A DNA stretch of 64,000 nucleotides from Octopus sinensis (taxonomy: Eukaryota). A program made the position numbers and the translations under genes. Location: assembly GCF_006345805.1 (NCBI RefSeq), contig NC_043005.1, forward strand, positions 78,926,001 through 78,990,000, in the 5' to 3' direction. Under the pieces are notes generated by a model. That model was not told the origin of the DNA. It ran no database searches and was given only the letters and a program-made list of their open reading frames with translations. Positions 38,535 to 52,695 of this stretch are shown here, piece after piece (within the stretch, counting starts at the first letter, position 1; each line of letters begins with the position of its first letter).

Positions 38535-38825
38535 TGTGGAGGTGCAATGCCCCAGTGGTTAGGGCAGCGGACTCGCGGTCGTAGGATCGCGGTTTCGATT
38601 CCCAGACCGGGCGTTGTGAGTGTTTATTTAGCGAAGACACCTAAAACTCCACGAGGCTCCGGCAGGGGGTGGTGGCGATCCCTGCTGTACTCTTTCGCCA
38701 CAACTTTCTCTCACTCTTTCTTCTATTGGCCTGCTCGCTTAGCCAGCGGGGTGGGGTCATTTAAAGGCTAAAACAATGCGAAACGCATTTATCTATCTAT
38801 GGTCGGTCACGGTGATCACGGTGAT
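38535..38825 (+). mobile_element. Family B SINE
   Basis: Head through tail CACGGTGATCACGGTGAT(AT)n, flanked by TA repeats. Confidence 0.92.
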
Positions 38826-39290
38826 ATATATATATATCTTATACACATACACACACATATATAGAGGTATGCTGGTACAAAAAGGAAAACTAAAAAATAT
38901 GAGTATATGTATATTATTATTAATATTAAGTGAAAACAACACAGTGACTCAAGTTCGGAGAGTTTCGTGCGCTGGCCCTTGTGTGTGCATGTATGTGTGA
39001 CCATGTGACTCTGTGCGTATGTGTGTGTGTATGTGTGTGTGGGTGTGTGTGTGTGTGAGTGAGTATATGTCTGGTGTGTGTATATGCACACGTATATGAT
39101 GTTACCGATATTCTTAAAACAAAATCCTGTAACAACATCGCAGGATTCAGAAAAATATTTATGATAATTTTGTTAAAATTCGAAATGAACTTTTACTATT
39201 TGTACCTTATTGAAAACATCACCTTCACCATAACACCAACGTGAGATTCCAAACCCACTCTTCAAATATAACTCATAAGATCTTCCTCTG

Positions 39291-39369
<79 letters not shown>

Positions 39370-39378
39370 ATATATATA

Positions 39379-39417
<39 letters not shown>

Positions 39418-39656
39418 CATATATAATATTTATACATGTGTCTGTATGTCTATAAATCTCCTTCTCTCTTTGTATATGTATGTGTGTGTGTATATATACG
39501 TATATATATGTATATACATACATGTATAAATATATATACGCATACACACACACACACACATATATATATATACTCATATCTATGCATCCTTATCTATATC
39601 TGCAGCTCTATCGAAATATATTTATCTCTCTATTTACCTACATGCATGTGTGTGTG

Positions 39657-39703
<47 letters not shown>

Positions 39704-39759
39704 GCATGTAAGTACACACTCACTCACTCATATATATATATATGCATATATATATTTAT

Positions 39760-39793
<34 letters not shown>

Positions 39794-40334
39794 GTATATG
39801 CCCATATATATACATATGCTGCCTTCTAAGATTTCATTACATACTGTTTGTCGTGTGTTTTTTTTTCCCGAATTTGTTTGCAAACCATTCCATGTAATCA
39901 TTACATGAAACCTTACGTTTCAACACATAATGCAGTGTATTGGGGAATACCTGAGACATAAGCAATTCAATAGAATGCATGAAGCAATTTAGTTATATTA
40001 ATATATATATACATGTTTCTATGCATGTGTGAGTACATGTGTTTGGAAATGCATGCAAGTACAATCCATTTGAGAACAAACACATTGAGAGAAACGTATA
40101 CAGGAATACATATATATATATATAATAGAGATATATATATATGCATAAATATGTGTACACACACACACACGCACACGCACACAGGCGCGCACACATGCAC
40201 GCACACATGCACGCACACATGCACACATATGCGTATATAAACATATATGTACGGAAAAATGTATGCATGTATGGACAAATGTGTACAGGCTTATATACAC
40301 ACGTACATACATACATACATATATATATATATAT

Positions 40335-40381
<47 letters not shown>

Positions 40382-40429
40382 ATGTATATATGCATGCATA
40401 TATATATGTATGCGTATATATATGCATGT

Positions 40430-40471
<42 letters not shown>

Positions 40472-41339
40472 TGTGTGTGTGTGTATATTCATATAGGAAT
40501 ACGTCAAGATGTGAAAGTGCACCATTATTTCAATTGTACAAATGTACATATGCAATGGTAACCTCAACAATATTCATTCTTATTTAATTGGTGCAGTGAA
40601 CGATCATTATTATGATGATGACGACGACGACGATGATGATGACGACGACGATGATGATGACGATGGATGGGTGGATAGTAATGGCAGTCGTGTCAGTGTT
40701 GGCGTTGGTAGTGGTGTTGGTTGCTTTCACATGTCTCTGTTCATGACGACTACGACGAAGACATCGATCACGACGACGACGAAGTCGGCGACCTCAACGA
40801 TGCGAACGACGGTGATATTTCTGACGATAATGCTATCAAAGATCTTTCAATGGAAGACATTGGAATTTGTTGCTGATTGTGTCAAACTATTGAAACTCAA
40901 CACATCACGTTTGTATTTGTTAATAACTTGAGGTGAGTCTATTTAAGTAGCAACCATACAGAAAGAAAGTACAGATAGGAATGAAATGGATCCTTCAACC
41001 TTTACATTTTTTCATTTGAAAGCCATAGTACCGAAAGATGTAGATAAAGGGCCGTATGACACATGTTTATTTAATTATATATTTATTCTATATAATCAGA
41101 AAAAGCAATCTTCCCGAACAATTTGCTGTGAATTGGAAGAAATAATAGAGCGTTAGACAAAATGTTTTGCGGCATTTATTTATGGGTCTATAATTTCCCA
41201 GTTCAAATCCCTCAGACACGAGTTTAATCTCTCTTTCTTCTGTGGTTAATAACATAACGTACTTATCAAAATACCGAGGGGGAAAGTATTGACTAATCTC
41301 CGTCCCACAGATTAGAAACCATTATCCTTATTATATTAA

Positions 41340-41750
41340 GATGGCAAGCTGGCAGAAGAATTTAACTTTCGTCAGTCTATACGTTCTGAGTTCAAATTTC
41401 ACCGACGTCGACTTTGCAGTCCATCCTTCGCGGTTGATAATACAAGTACCAATCAGCTACAGGTGGTGATGTAACCGATTAGCACCATCCCCCCAAAATT
41501 TCAGGCCCTTATGCCTATACTCTTTTACTTGTTTCAGTCATCTGACTGCGGCCATGCTGGAGTACCGTCTTTAGTCGAGCAAATCAACTCCAGGACTTAT
41601 TCTTTGTTAGCCTAGTACTTATTCTATCGGTCGCTTGTGCCGAACCACTAAGTTACGGGGACGTAAACACACCAGCATCGGTTGTCAAGCAATGTTGGGT
41701 GGGATACACAAACACACACACATATATATACATAGACATATACATATTAG
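41340..41750. mobile_element. Family D SINE (+) abutting a family C 3' half (-)
   Basis: GGCAAGCTGGCAGAAG..GTCGACTTTGCAGTCCATCC followed by CTTTTACTTGTTTCAGTC. Confidence 0.8.
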
Positions 41751-42317
41751 TTGAGGAAATTGTCAGGTCTTCATACGTGCTGCTGGTAACACGAAATCCA
41801 ATATGTCCCTGTTGTTAGGTCGGGTCGTCGGCGATTAAAATGTCACCTCCACCAGGCAAGCCTAGTGAGGATGGTTGCTAGAAACCTACCAGAAGTAAAA
41901 ATAAAACTTGTCAAAACGATAGATGTACCCAGTATAGGTTCAAAGTATAGGCGTGCAAGGAGGCCACTGGGTGTGAGACACCCCTCAACGTTTAATAAAT
42001 CAAGTCTCTCGGGGAAGTTAACTCTGTTCTAAAACCGGATATGCAGGAATGAATATCTTACCTCGGGTTGTCAATTGTCATGACAATCGAATGGAAAGTA
42101 CTTGTGAAGTGTTGTCTAAGCCTTTTAGAGCTAACACAGGCTTTGTTGATATTTTGCATGGGTGTGTGGTAAGAAGTTTGCTTCCCAACCACATGGTTCC
42201 AGATTCAGTGTCATCTACTATGGCCTCGGGCCTTGTGAGTGGATTTGCAGGTGGAAACTGAAAAACGCCCGTCGTGTATATGTTCATATATATAAATATA
42301 TATATATAACATATGAA

Positions 42318-42707
42318 TAATATTATTATGTTTGATAACGGAGAGATCCAATGGATACAAATTTATTAATTAATTAACATCTTCACCTACAATTGTTTCA
42401 TTTCGCATCCAATTTAAACTACAAATAATATATGAATATATAACCTTGCATTTCAAAATACCTTGGGTGGAAAATCATCAGGGTATGCAAAAGGACAATA
42501 CAAGGATCACATTGATTTGTTGGAATTCTCCAATATATTCAGAATGTTTTACCCAAGGTATTTTGAAATGCACGATTATATATTTATATATGTTTTGTAG
42601 TTTAAATTGGATGCGAAATGAAACAATTGTAGGCGAAAATGTTAATTAATCAATTAATTAATGTATCTCCACTCGATCGCTCCGTTTTCAAACTTAATAA
42701 TTATATT
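42318..42707. mobile_element. Foldback/MITE-like long inverted repeat (arms ~155 bp, spacer ~70 bp)
   Basis: CAATTGTTTCATTTCGCATCCAATTTAAACTACA and GCATTTCAAAATACCTTGGGT each have exact reverse complements in the right arm. Confidence 0.9.
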
Positions 42708-43264
42708 TGATATTTTATGATATTTCATGTAATATATTCATTGAAGAAATATCTCTTCAAAATACAGCGTATCAAACCAGTGTTTCTTGACAAAAAATAT
42801 TCCAGTAGGCGGTCTCTAAATATCCTCATAATGACATATATATTATATATATATAATATATATATATATATTATATATATATATATATATATATTTATTA
42901 ATATATATACATACGAGGAGAGCGTACGTTATATCTGTATACTCGTGTAAGTGTATAAGAGTGTTCTGTGTGTATTTGTGAGTATTTGAAAAGTTAATGA
43001 ACACAACCATAAACAGACAAATATGTACATACATATGAGATATTTACATACAGATATTTATATGTATAAATCAACGGTCATGCATTTCCTTAGAGAATTT
43101 GAATGCTTGATGTTTGAAATTCTCGATTAAATCCTTTTATGATATTTCAAACTGAAATAGATTAGTAGAGTTACAATTTGTGTGTGCGTATACACACACA
43201 CATATATATATATATATATGCAGTAGCGGCCATAGTATAAGGGTCAGTAAGAGAAAAACGACGG

Positions 43265-43392
43265 CATGACTTATTCTTTGTAAGTGTAGTATTTATTCTA
43301 TCGGCTCTCTTTTGCCGAACCGCTAAGTACGGTGACGTAAACACACCATCATTATTGTGAAGCGAAGCTGGTGGGACAAACAGAGCACACAA

Positions 43393-43423
<31 letters not shown>

Positions 43424-43625
43424 ACAACACACACACATATATATATTATATATATATATAATTATATTCGACGGCTTGTTTCAGTTTCCGTCTACCAAAT
43501 CCACTCACAAAGCGTTGGCTGTCCGGAGGATATAGTAGAAGAAAATTGCCAAGGTGCCATGCAAGGGGACTGAATCCGGAATCAGGTAGTCGCGAAGCGC
43601 GCTTCTTACCACACAGCCACTCCTG
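43265..43625 (-). mobile_element. Family C SINE
   Basis: TTTTGCCGAACCGCTAAG..TTCAGTTTCCGTCTACCAAATCCACTCACAA..CTTACCACACAGCCACTCCTGC. Confidence 0.85.
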
Positions 43626-43656
43626 CATTTATTTTCGTTCTTATGTTTGATACAGG

Positions 43657-43696
<40 letters not shown>

Positions 43697-43738
43697 GTAT
43701 ATATATATGATATACACATATGTATATATATATGTATG

Positions 43739-43773
<35 letters not shown>

Positions 43774-44285
43774 CTATATTTATATGTTATATATATAGGT
43801 ATATATATATATATGCCTGCATATATATTGTGTGTACGTATATATATATTTGCATATTATATACTTATTTGTATGTGTTTGTGTACCGCACCTGTAATAA
43901 CAAAAGCAACAAGAATTACAAATATAACGATAATAATGGTAACAAGAAGAATAAGAGAAGTTATAGGAATTGAATTTCCTCAGAAGGAAGGAGTGTATAG
44001 CAAAATTGTAAATTATGAAAAATGGTTGTTTTGTTGGATTTTTCGCACTTTCTCTGAATATAAACATATATCAATATGAATATTACATATATACAAACAC
44101 ATATGCATGTCTATATATATATATATATATATATACTTAGATATATTTATAGTTATATGAATATGTATAAATACTTCCAAAACAAAATATATAACTTATA
44201 CGTATGCGTGTTTGTGTATTTATAGATTCACACACAGGTACACGCATATATACACACATACATATACAAGTATATAAATATATAT

Positions 44286-44319
<34 letters not shown>

Positions 44320-44880
44320 GTCTATGTACATATATGTATATACACATATATGTTGGCACGTATGTACGCATATATATACTTATATATATATATAACTATA
44401 TTTATATATGTGTATGTGTGTGTGTATGTATATCGAATAAGAGAGACACAGTTGCATGCATATACACACATACACATTCATACATGCATATAGGCAAGTA
44501 AATATATATGCAAGTGCGTGAAAGTGTGTGTGTGTGTGTGTGAGTGTTGGTGCATGCGTGTGCTTCGATATGGGCGGGCTAGGAGGCTGGCCTGTGTGCA
44601 CACATCTACGCACATAAGCGTCCGTATTGTATTTATATATTAATATTTTTCCTATATTACATTTACTGATCTCTTGACATTGCTAAAGGAGAATAAGTAA
44701 TAGACTTTCAGTGAATCGTTATGGAACATATATCTTTAGAATTATATATAGCTTATTGTCATGGCATATTTATAACTGCATTTCTTCTATCCTTATTGTT
44801 ACATATTTAATGGTGTGTTTATGTTCAAAACACTTGACATGTCATTGTTCCTTGTAAGTGTTGCGATATGCTGTTCTTCA

Positions 44881-44944
<64 letters not shown>

Positions 44945-45308
44945 TACGTACACAAACTCCACATATGTAGATATATTATATATATATATATAATATATAT
45001 ATATAGTATATATATATATATATATGTATGATATTGTAAACAATTTGTTGTACGGAGCAGAGCGGTGAATATAAATCCAAAAACTCTTTACTTTATTTAT
45101 GTTTCAATTACTTAGGTTTCTTTTATTTCAAATACATCTGCAATATGTTTTCTTTCAATGAGATTTTCTTATTGTAATGTTTTTCTTTTGTTTAAGAGGA
45201 AAAAATATTGTGAGACGTATTAGGAAAAAAACAATCGAACTAGCTGCGATAATATATATCCTCATATATATATATATAATATATATAATATATAAATATA
45301 TATATAAT

Positions 45309-45384
<76 letters not shown>

Positions 45385-45679
45385 GTAATTATATATATAT
45401 ATATATATATATTTGCATTATTTAGATGTATATATACTTATGGATATGTAAATATTTGTAACTATATATATGCGCATATATATGTATCTATCTATATATA
45501 TATATACATATATCTATATAATTAATATAATATATATATATATGTATATACATATATGCGTGTAGATAGATTTGCCTATATACATACATACATATATATA
45601 TAGATGTATACACACACACCACACACATATTATATATATATATATATATATACATATATATATACATAGATTTGCTTTT

Positions 45680-45721
<42 letters not shown>

Positions 45722-46101
45722 TGACGAACACACCAACGAAAAAAAATACACAAAGTAAGATGAAAATTATCATACGATACACACCTAATCAAGTGTTTAA
45801 TGCGGAATGTCGGCTATTATGCGCTTATTCATTAAGTTTTCTTCCATTTGCAAATGTGGTGAAACTGAAGAACAACAAATAATGTGTTTTGTTTTAGAGT
45901 TTTTTTTTTTGTTGTTATTGTAATTTTGTTTTGGTCGTGTGACAATAAGAAGATATGGCATATATATATAATACATACATGGCGTTGTCGTATGCATTAA
46001 CAGCTTAAACGGTGTACGATTTTCAATACGGAATGGAAATTATTTCGACAATTATTCTTCGTATCAGAATCGTATGTGTGTTACTAAACTATCTTACAGA
46101 A

Positions 46102-46256
46102 CATTAATTCCCAACCTTTTCACTACGAAGGATCACTTTTACTATATACTTATCTTCATGTATATATATGAAATTTTTAATTTAGTTCTTTGGACCCCAC
46201 CAAGAACTAAATTGCGGACCACCAGACGTCCGTGGAGTATAGTTTAGGAACCACTG
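46102..46256. mobile_element. hAT (Charlie-like) MITE with an 8-bp TSD
   Basis: Ends CATTAATTCCCAACC and TTTAGGAACCACTG. TSD TTACAGAA at 46094-46101 and 46257-46264. Confidence 0.85.
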
Positions 46257-46749
46257 TTACAGAATATATTGAGCTATCAACGCATGATATGTTTGGTGGT
46301 GGTGGTGTTGGAGAGGGGGGATTGTGGTGGATCTCCCTTGTACGACGATAAGAATTGAGATTTCTTCGTCTTAAATCTTTGACTTGTTTCAGGCATTAGA
46401 ACGTGGCCATGGTAGGGTACCTCCTTGCAGATTTTTAAGCTGAATGAATTGAATCCAGTACCTTTCTTTTCTTTAAAGCCTGGTACTAGTCCTAATGGAT
46501 GTTTTTCCTAAGTTACGGCGACGTAAACATACCAACGCTGGCTGTCAAGTGTTGGCGAGGGACAAACACAAACACGAAGACATATGCACGCACGCACATC
46601 TATATATATATATATATACTAAGAGATTCTTTCAGTTTCCGTCCACCGAGTCCACTCACACGGCTTTAGTTGGCCCGTGGTTATAGGAGAAGACATGTCC
46701 TGGTATTCCACAGTCAGACGTATTCTTACTATAATTTAAGAGTTTGACA

Positions 46750-47140
46750 AAAGCTGTTGCGAAAAGAGAAGCCTATGAGTAAATAGTATCTAGTTTTGAG
46801 CTCATCTTCAAATGCTAGGTTGCCATCGTATAAAACAACACCTATTCAATAGTTAGAGCGATAACCCACCAGTCAAAACCATTAAAAATACCCCGTTTGG
46901 TCAGTCAAAGTTGTGTCTTTTTTGTCCCCTATGGATTTTTGAACCACTCATACGGAAAATAGAGTCTTTGAATGGCATTCGGTGCAACCTGGGATACAGA
47001 TGGTCCGTAACGACACATGCGGACAACTTCACAGCAAATATCTGACGTGAACCAAATCAAAGTGATTGCCAACGAAGCAATAACAGGAGCCAAAATTAAT
47101 AAGGGAAGTTGATACGCTGGATATGAGTGAACAATTAAAT
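46750..47140 (+). mobile_element. Decayed Tx1/L1-like RT fragment
   Basis: LWIFEPLIRKIESLNGI..SVTTHADNFT (YADD-equivalent), then EAITGAKINKGS. Confidence 0.5.
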
Positions 47141-47386
47141 AATTAAAGGGGAATGTGAAAATACATTGCGAAGTATATATCATAAATAAATTGCTATACA
47201 GAATTAACGTTTTATTATTAAATTTTGAACTTTATGTCATGTCGCTTACCGACAGGTTTATTGAGAGGAGATAGAATATGAATGTTTGTAGTAGCTTTTT
47301 GGTGGTTTTAACTGGTATTTCTAGACATGTAAGGATTTTTGCAACCCTCTCGACTATAATTGTGATTTGTTCATAATTATATACAC

Positions 47387-47445
<59 letters not shown>

Positions 47446-47467
47446 ATGTATGGTGTGTGTATTTATG

Positions 47468-47516
<49 letters not shown>

Positions 47517-47631
47517 TTAAGGGTAGAAATCAATATTTATCAATTAAAACCAGTGTCTAGCATATTAAAAAAGAATCCGATACTCCGGTATCGTTTTTGC
47601 ATCTAGTCCAGCAAATTGCATTTATATGGGG

Positions 47632-47695
47632 CCATGCTGATGAAGGCTACAGGTATCCTTGCGGATAATAATAGCCGAAACTGATCAGTACATGG
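47632..47695 (+). ncRNA. Type I hammerhead ribozyme (Penelope-type, palindromic helix III)
   Basis: CCATG-CTGATGA-A-GGCTA-[loop containing TATCC/GGATA]-TAGCC-GAAA-CTGATCAG-T-A-CATGG. All three helices and the canonical core are present. Predicted cleavage is after GUA at 47690. Confidence 0.88.
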
Positions 47696-48008
47696 ATAAG
47701 TATTTTATTTCGTATATTTTCACTTGTTTATTGCTTGGGTTTGTGCTGAGTTTGATTTGAGAACATAATCTTTTGTGGAGAATGGCGATTTGACGTCTAT
47801 ATCTAGCATGTTGACTGTCCACTTTTCATGTTCAGTCCTTAATTGGTATATATATATATAACAGAAAATGGATTTGGTACGAATTTTTTGTGCTGAATAA
47901 AGACTCGTACTAAGTTCATCTCTTCCGTTTCCTTTATCAATTATAAGCTCAACAAACGTTACGGATTTACCGACGTAAATCCAGTGGAGATGTATGTATA
48001 TACATACA

Positions 48009-48056
<48 letters not shown>

Positions 48057-48837
48057 CACATACATATAAATTTTTAAGTGCAAAAACACTCACAAACACA
48101 CGCATAAATACAATCTTTTACTTGTTCCAGTTCTTGGATTGCTGCCATGCTGGAGCATTACGTATAGAAGAGGCTAAGTCGAAGAAATCGATCCCTGTAT
48201 TCATTCTGTCGGTCTCTTATGCCAGACCCCGACTCTAGGGGAAGTAAACAAACCAGCATCGGAAGCGAAGTGGTAGTGGGCGACAATCACAGACACATGC
48301 ACCGATATACATACACACATGCACACATACATATGCACACATACATGTATACATATATATATGCAGATGTGTGTGTATAAAATATCCACCAATAAATTGT
48401 TGAACACTCATTTTTATTGTTCGACATTGACATATTAATGCTTCCGGTGTTGGCAAACACCGGATAAACACCAAACACGAACAGACGATTAAATCAAACT
48501 ATGGAAAAACACGAAATAAGAACATTACCGAAGAACATTCCCATACCACCCGAGGAGATTGAAACAGGAAGTCTTTTCTTCGATAATGGTACATGCAGCC
48601 CTCATTTGGAGGACAGTTTCGGCTTTAGGTCTTACAAATTCCACCGCATATTTAAGATCTAGAAAAATTTGAAAACGATCTTATAAAATTGTAAAATTTA
48701 GTCATAAATCTTATAAAATGTCAAACTTAACCATAAATCCAACAACTTTCAACATAAACTACAAACATACCCCGAACTACAATTAGTACTAACCGTAAAG
48801 TAGTCAATTTTCTAGATATTAATATGAATTTTATATA

Positions 48838-49089
48838 CAGGGTTGGCTAAAGACCGCCTGACAGTAAATCGAATTCCATTCAATTTCAAGATTAAAACAA
48901 AAAAATGTTTTATATGAGACTTCGTTAATAAATAGACAAATGTTGAAAAAAAAAAGAAAGAAAGAAACGGTGATTTTAACTCATAGCATTCAATTATTAA
49001 ACGTTTATAATTGGAATGAATAAATAAAATTGAATATTAGGTATTTATGGAATTTTGATTTGCTGTCGAGTGACTTTTGGCCAACCCTG
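48838..49089. mobile_element. Tc1/mariner MITE
   Basis: TA-CAGGGTTGGCTAAAG..GACAGTAAAT at the left and ATTTGCTGTC..CTTTTGGCCAACCCTG-TA at the right. Confidence 0.88.
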
Positions 49090-49267
49090 TATATACAAAG
49101 GGCTGCCACACAGCTTTCTTTCTTGATATTCACTCGAAAGACATTCTTTGCCCAGGGCGTTTTACCAGGAGGCATTTAGCCAATATGTCACGCAGTGGGG
49201 CTGAACCCAAAGCCACATAGTCCCAAAGCAAGCTTTTTAACCTCACAGCCATCCCTGGGGGTAGTGT

Positions 49268-49510
49268 GCTTCCTTTTGGAGCCATGCCTGGCTCATAAGG
49301 GCCGGTTTTCCGGTTTCAGTGGCGTAGAAATTCCCCACCTGGACGGGACGCTGGTCCGTCGCAGGATTAGTCATTTTTGCCAGCTGAGAGGACTGAAGCA
49401 ACGTGAAATGAAGTGTTTTGCTCAAGAACACAACGCATCACACGGTCCAGGAATCGAAACCACAACCTTACGATCCAACACCCTAACCACTAAGCCACGC
49501 GCCTCCACTT
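49268..49510 (-). mobile_element. Family A SINE
   Basis: Reverse head GTGGAGGCGCGTGGCTTAGTGGTTAGGGTG, CORE-like body and tail GAAAACCGGCCCTTATGAGCCAGGCATGGCTC. Confidence 0.88.
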
Positions 49511-49629
49511 CCTGGAGGTAAGGGAATGAAAATTTGTCTCTTGATCGGTGAAATGAAGAGACTCTACCCTTTACATTCAAAGCCAACTGGATACTCGTAA
49601 CACTCCCATTAGGTACCTTTCAATATCTG

Positions 49630-49950
49630 AATGCCGTGAAAGCATTTGGCATAAGGATTAGGGTATTCGGATCATGATCGTAAGGTCGCATGTGCGATTT
49701 CCGGCGTCCTTGATCAAAACACTTGATTCCATGTTGCTCATGTCCCCTCAACTGCCAATAACAAATAGTAGTACATGTATATCTGAGGAGCAACCATATC
49801 ACATCTGTGTTGCTCTGAAACTCCCTGCGATCTACATTAACGGTACACATGTCAGTGAACTACTCAGCTATTTGTACGTTATTTTCCCGAGCAGGCTGCT
49901 GCCGATCGGATCAGATGGAACCCTCGATGTCGTAACCAACGGAGTACCAG
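49630..49950 (+). mobile_element. Family A head and CORE-like body with family E tail (old)
   Basis: GGATCATGATCGTAAGG head, CAAAACACTTGATTCCATGTTGC body and GAGCAGGCTGCTGCCGATCGGATC..GTCGTAACCAACGGAGT tail. Confidence 0.6.
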
Positions 49951-50229
49951 TTATATCTGAATGCATTTCTTTTGCCTCCTTTCGACCTTTTTCTATTTAT
50001 GCACCAATATTTTACCGACCATTTATTAGTTTCTACGTTCTGCATTCATGTGACACGGCCAGAACAACGAGCATTCTTTCCTTTGTTCTGTCCATACAAA
50101 TTCTCTCAACACTTCCTCTTCTATCGCCATATTCTCAGCGACATTCGCTGCATATTCTGCTGCCTTGCTCTTTAACCGTTAATGTTACTCTTATATGGTT
50201 CGTTGTTTATTTTAATATTTTTGGTATTG

Positions 50230-50545
50230 ATGACGTGGCCCAGTTGTTAGGACAGCGGACTCGTGGTCGTAAGAACGCGATTTCGATTCCCAGACCGGGC
50301 ATTGTGAGTGTTTATTGAGCAAAAACATCTAAGCTCCACGAATCTCCCGCGGGGGTGGGTGGGTGCAATGGTCCAGTGGTGAGAGCAGCGGACTCGCGGT
50401 CGTAAGAACGTGGTTTCGATTCTCAGACCAAGCATTGCGAGTGTTTATTGAACAAAAACCACCTAAGCTCCACGAGGCTCCGGCAGAAGGTGGTGAACCC
50501 CGCTGTACTCTTTCACCACAACTTTTACTCGCTCTTTCTTCCTAC
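50230..50545 (+). mobile_element. Two consecutive partial family B SINEs
   Basis: GCGGACTCGYGGTCGTAAGAACG..TTCGATTCYCAGACC occurs twice, about 120 bp apart. Confidence 0.8.
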
Positions 50546-50829
50546 TTCTGCCACAAAGCAGAGGAACCATGGTGTAACTCACTATGGTGTAGTAAACTTT
50601 TAGACCCTAGTCTAAATTGCGAATCCTCTGTACTCCAGAATGGGTCAGCTCTCCACCCGTTAAAAGCTACCGTTTACGGAATGAGGATAACAACGTAGCT
50701 TTGGCGCCCGTGCAACCGCCAGTCTATCGCGTGTGGTGAGTGGATCTTCAAGTTGCCAAACGCTTTCTTAGCAGCTTAGAGTAGGGTCGAATTAGAGATT
50801 ATTCTTTGTGGCTAATAGAGTGAATCCTG

Positions 50830-51443
50830 ATTGGAAGAAGAGGAAGAAAAGAAGAAGGAGGAGGAGGAAAGTGGAGGAGATAGAAGAAAAGAAGGAGGAG
50901 GAGGAAGCGGGGGAGGTAGAAGTGAAGAAGAAGGAGGAGGAGGGGGAGGAAAGTGGAGGAGGTAGAAGAGAAGAAGAAGAAGGAGGAGGAAGAGGAGGAG
51001 GTAGAAGAGAAGAACAAGGAGGGGAAGGAAGAGGAAGAGTAGAAGTAGAAGAAGAAGAAGAAGAAGAAGAAGGAGAAGAAGAAGAAGAAGAAACTGAGGT
51101 TCTGCTGATGGTGATTGAGACTGGTTCCATAATTTTCAATTATTGATTTATTACTGATTGTTATTGCTGTTGTTGTTGTTGCTATTTTATTTTTTCCATT
51201 TTGTTGTTGTTTTGTTGATGTTGCTTCTGTTTGGTATGTTGTTGCCACCGTCTTTGTTGTTTTTATTGCTGTTACTGCTGCAACTCCTCCCTCCTGCGCT
51301 CTTCCTCCAACTCCACCTTCTCTTCTGGTCTTACACCTCCTCCGCTTCCTCCTCCTCTACCACCTTCTCCGTATCCTCCGTCTCCGCCTCCTGCACCGCT
51401 TCCTCCTTCTGCTGCTGCTACTACTACTATTACTACTACACTA

Positions 51444-51476
<33 letters not shown>

Positions 51477-51575
51477 ATAATACTACTACTACTACTACTA
51501 CTGCTGATGCTGCTTCTACTACCGCTACTACTCTACTACTACTACTACTATTACTACTACTATTAATACTACTAC

Positions 51576-51606
<31 letters not shown>

Positions 51607-51807
51607 GCTATTCCTACTACTACTACTACTACTACTACCACTGCTGCTGCTGCTTCTACTACTGCTACTACTACTACTACTACTACTGCTACTACTGCTG
51701 CTACTACTACTACTATTACTACTACTAATACTACTACTATTATTACTACTACTACGATTACTACTACTACTACTCTACTACTACTACTGTTGCTGCCACT
51801 ACTACTG

Positions 51808-51856
<49 letters not shown>

Positions 51857-51910
51857 CACCACTGCTGCTGCTGCTGCCACTATTACAACTACTCCCACTG
51901 TTGTTGCTGT
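50830..51910. repeat. Compound triplet microsatellite (GAG/GAA, GTT, CCT, CTA, CAC, CTG)
   Basis: Directly visible. Source of the 312-aa poly-Leu ORF. Confidence 0.95.
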
Positions 51911-52383
51911 TGCTGTTCGCACTGCCTTCCATCGCTGTGTTTGTATTTTTTTACAGGTGATAGTAAAAGTCAAAATCTCCCACCCACCCCACAAAAAGGC
52001 GACATACTCCTTGCTCATAAGACCATGGACAGTGAGGCTCTAAATGCGAAATTCAACCCATCATTAAAACCATCCATTCAATTCAATTCTACTTGACTGA
52101 AGGACATTATTACCACAATGTTTTAATTTAACGAAAAATTCCTTTTTTTTCGTCTTTTATCAAAATTATAGAACAAAGGAGTTCCCAAAACAAAAGAGAA
52201 GCCAGTTGTTTTCGGATCGTGGGTGGACCCGAAAGAGAATAGAAAAAAAATTCGATGATTGCAAAATCCAGAAATTGCTAAACAAACACCAGTTAAACCT
52301 ATAGAGTCAAGCGAAACACATTTGAACAGGTCAAAATAATTTTCCTGTTTTAGGCAGAAGGACAAATATTCAGTAAGAAGAAA

Positions 52384-52695
52384 CAGGGGTCGGCGAACCG
52401 GGGTAAATTACCCCGAGTGGGGGGAAAAAAATGAAATTCTTGGGAGTAATGGGGCCTCGTAAGACATAAGAAAATTATATAAAAATGTGTTCCTTGTTAC
52501 CGACTGCAATTTTTCTTCTGGCAACACTGCATCTGTCCTATGTATTGTATATGTAAACAGATTCATATAAATAGATTCAATAAAACTTTTCATTTCAAAG
52601 AATTTATGATTTTCTTCCTTTCAAATCAAAGGGGTAAAGTCGGTATAAATATATATATTTTGGTGTAATTGGTTTAAAATGTTCCCCGATCCCTG
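52384..52695. mobile_element. hAT-like MITE
   Basis: TIRs CAGGGGTCGGCGAAC and GTTCCCCGATCCCTG. No TSD is preserved. Confidence 0.65.

Noticed and set aside
40612-40870. Acidic Asp-rich coding exon
   Set aside because: It is a decayed GAC/GAT microsatellite with no convincing splice sites.
41770-42110. RTE-like 5'UTR remnants (also about 34200-34460 and 50630-50700)
   Set aside because: The resemblance rests on short remembered motifs such as AACTCTGTTCTAAAACC, with no adjoining recognisable ORF.
36442-47140. Tx1 ORF1 and the Tx1-like RT fragment as one interrupted element
   Set aside because: Decay levels differ greatly (no indels versus heavily frameshifted), and about 9 kb of unrelated sequence separates them.
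51158-52096. 312-aa ORF and the other long ORFs in the track (poly-L/Y/I/T/H-type)
   Set aside because: These are translations of triplet and dinucleotide microsatellites with no coding signal.
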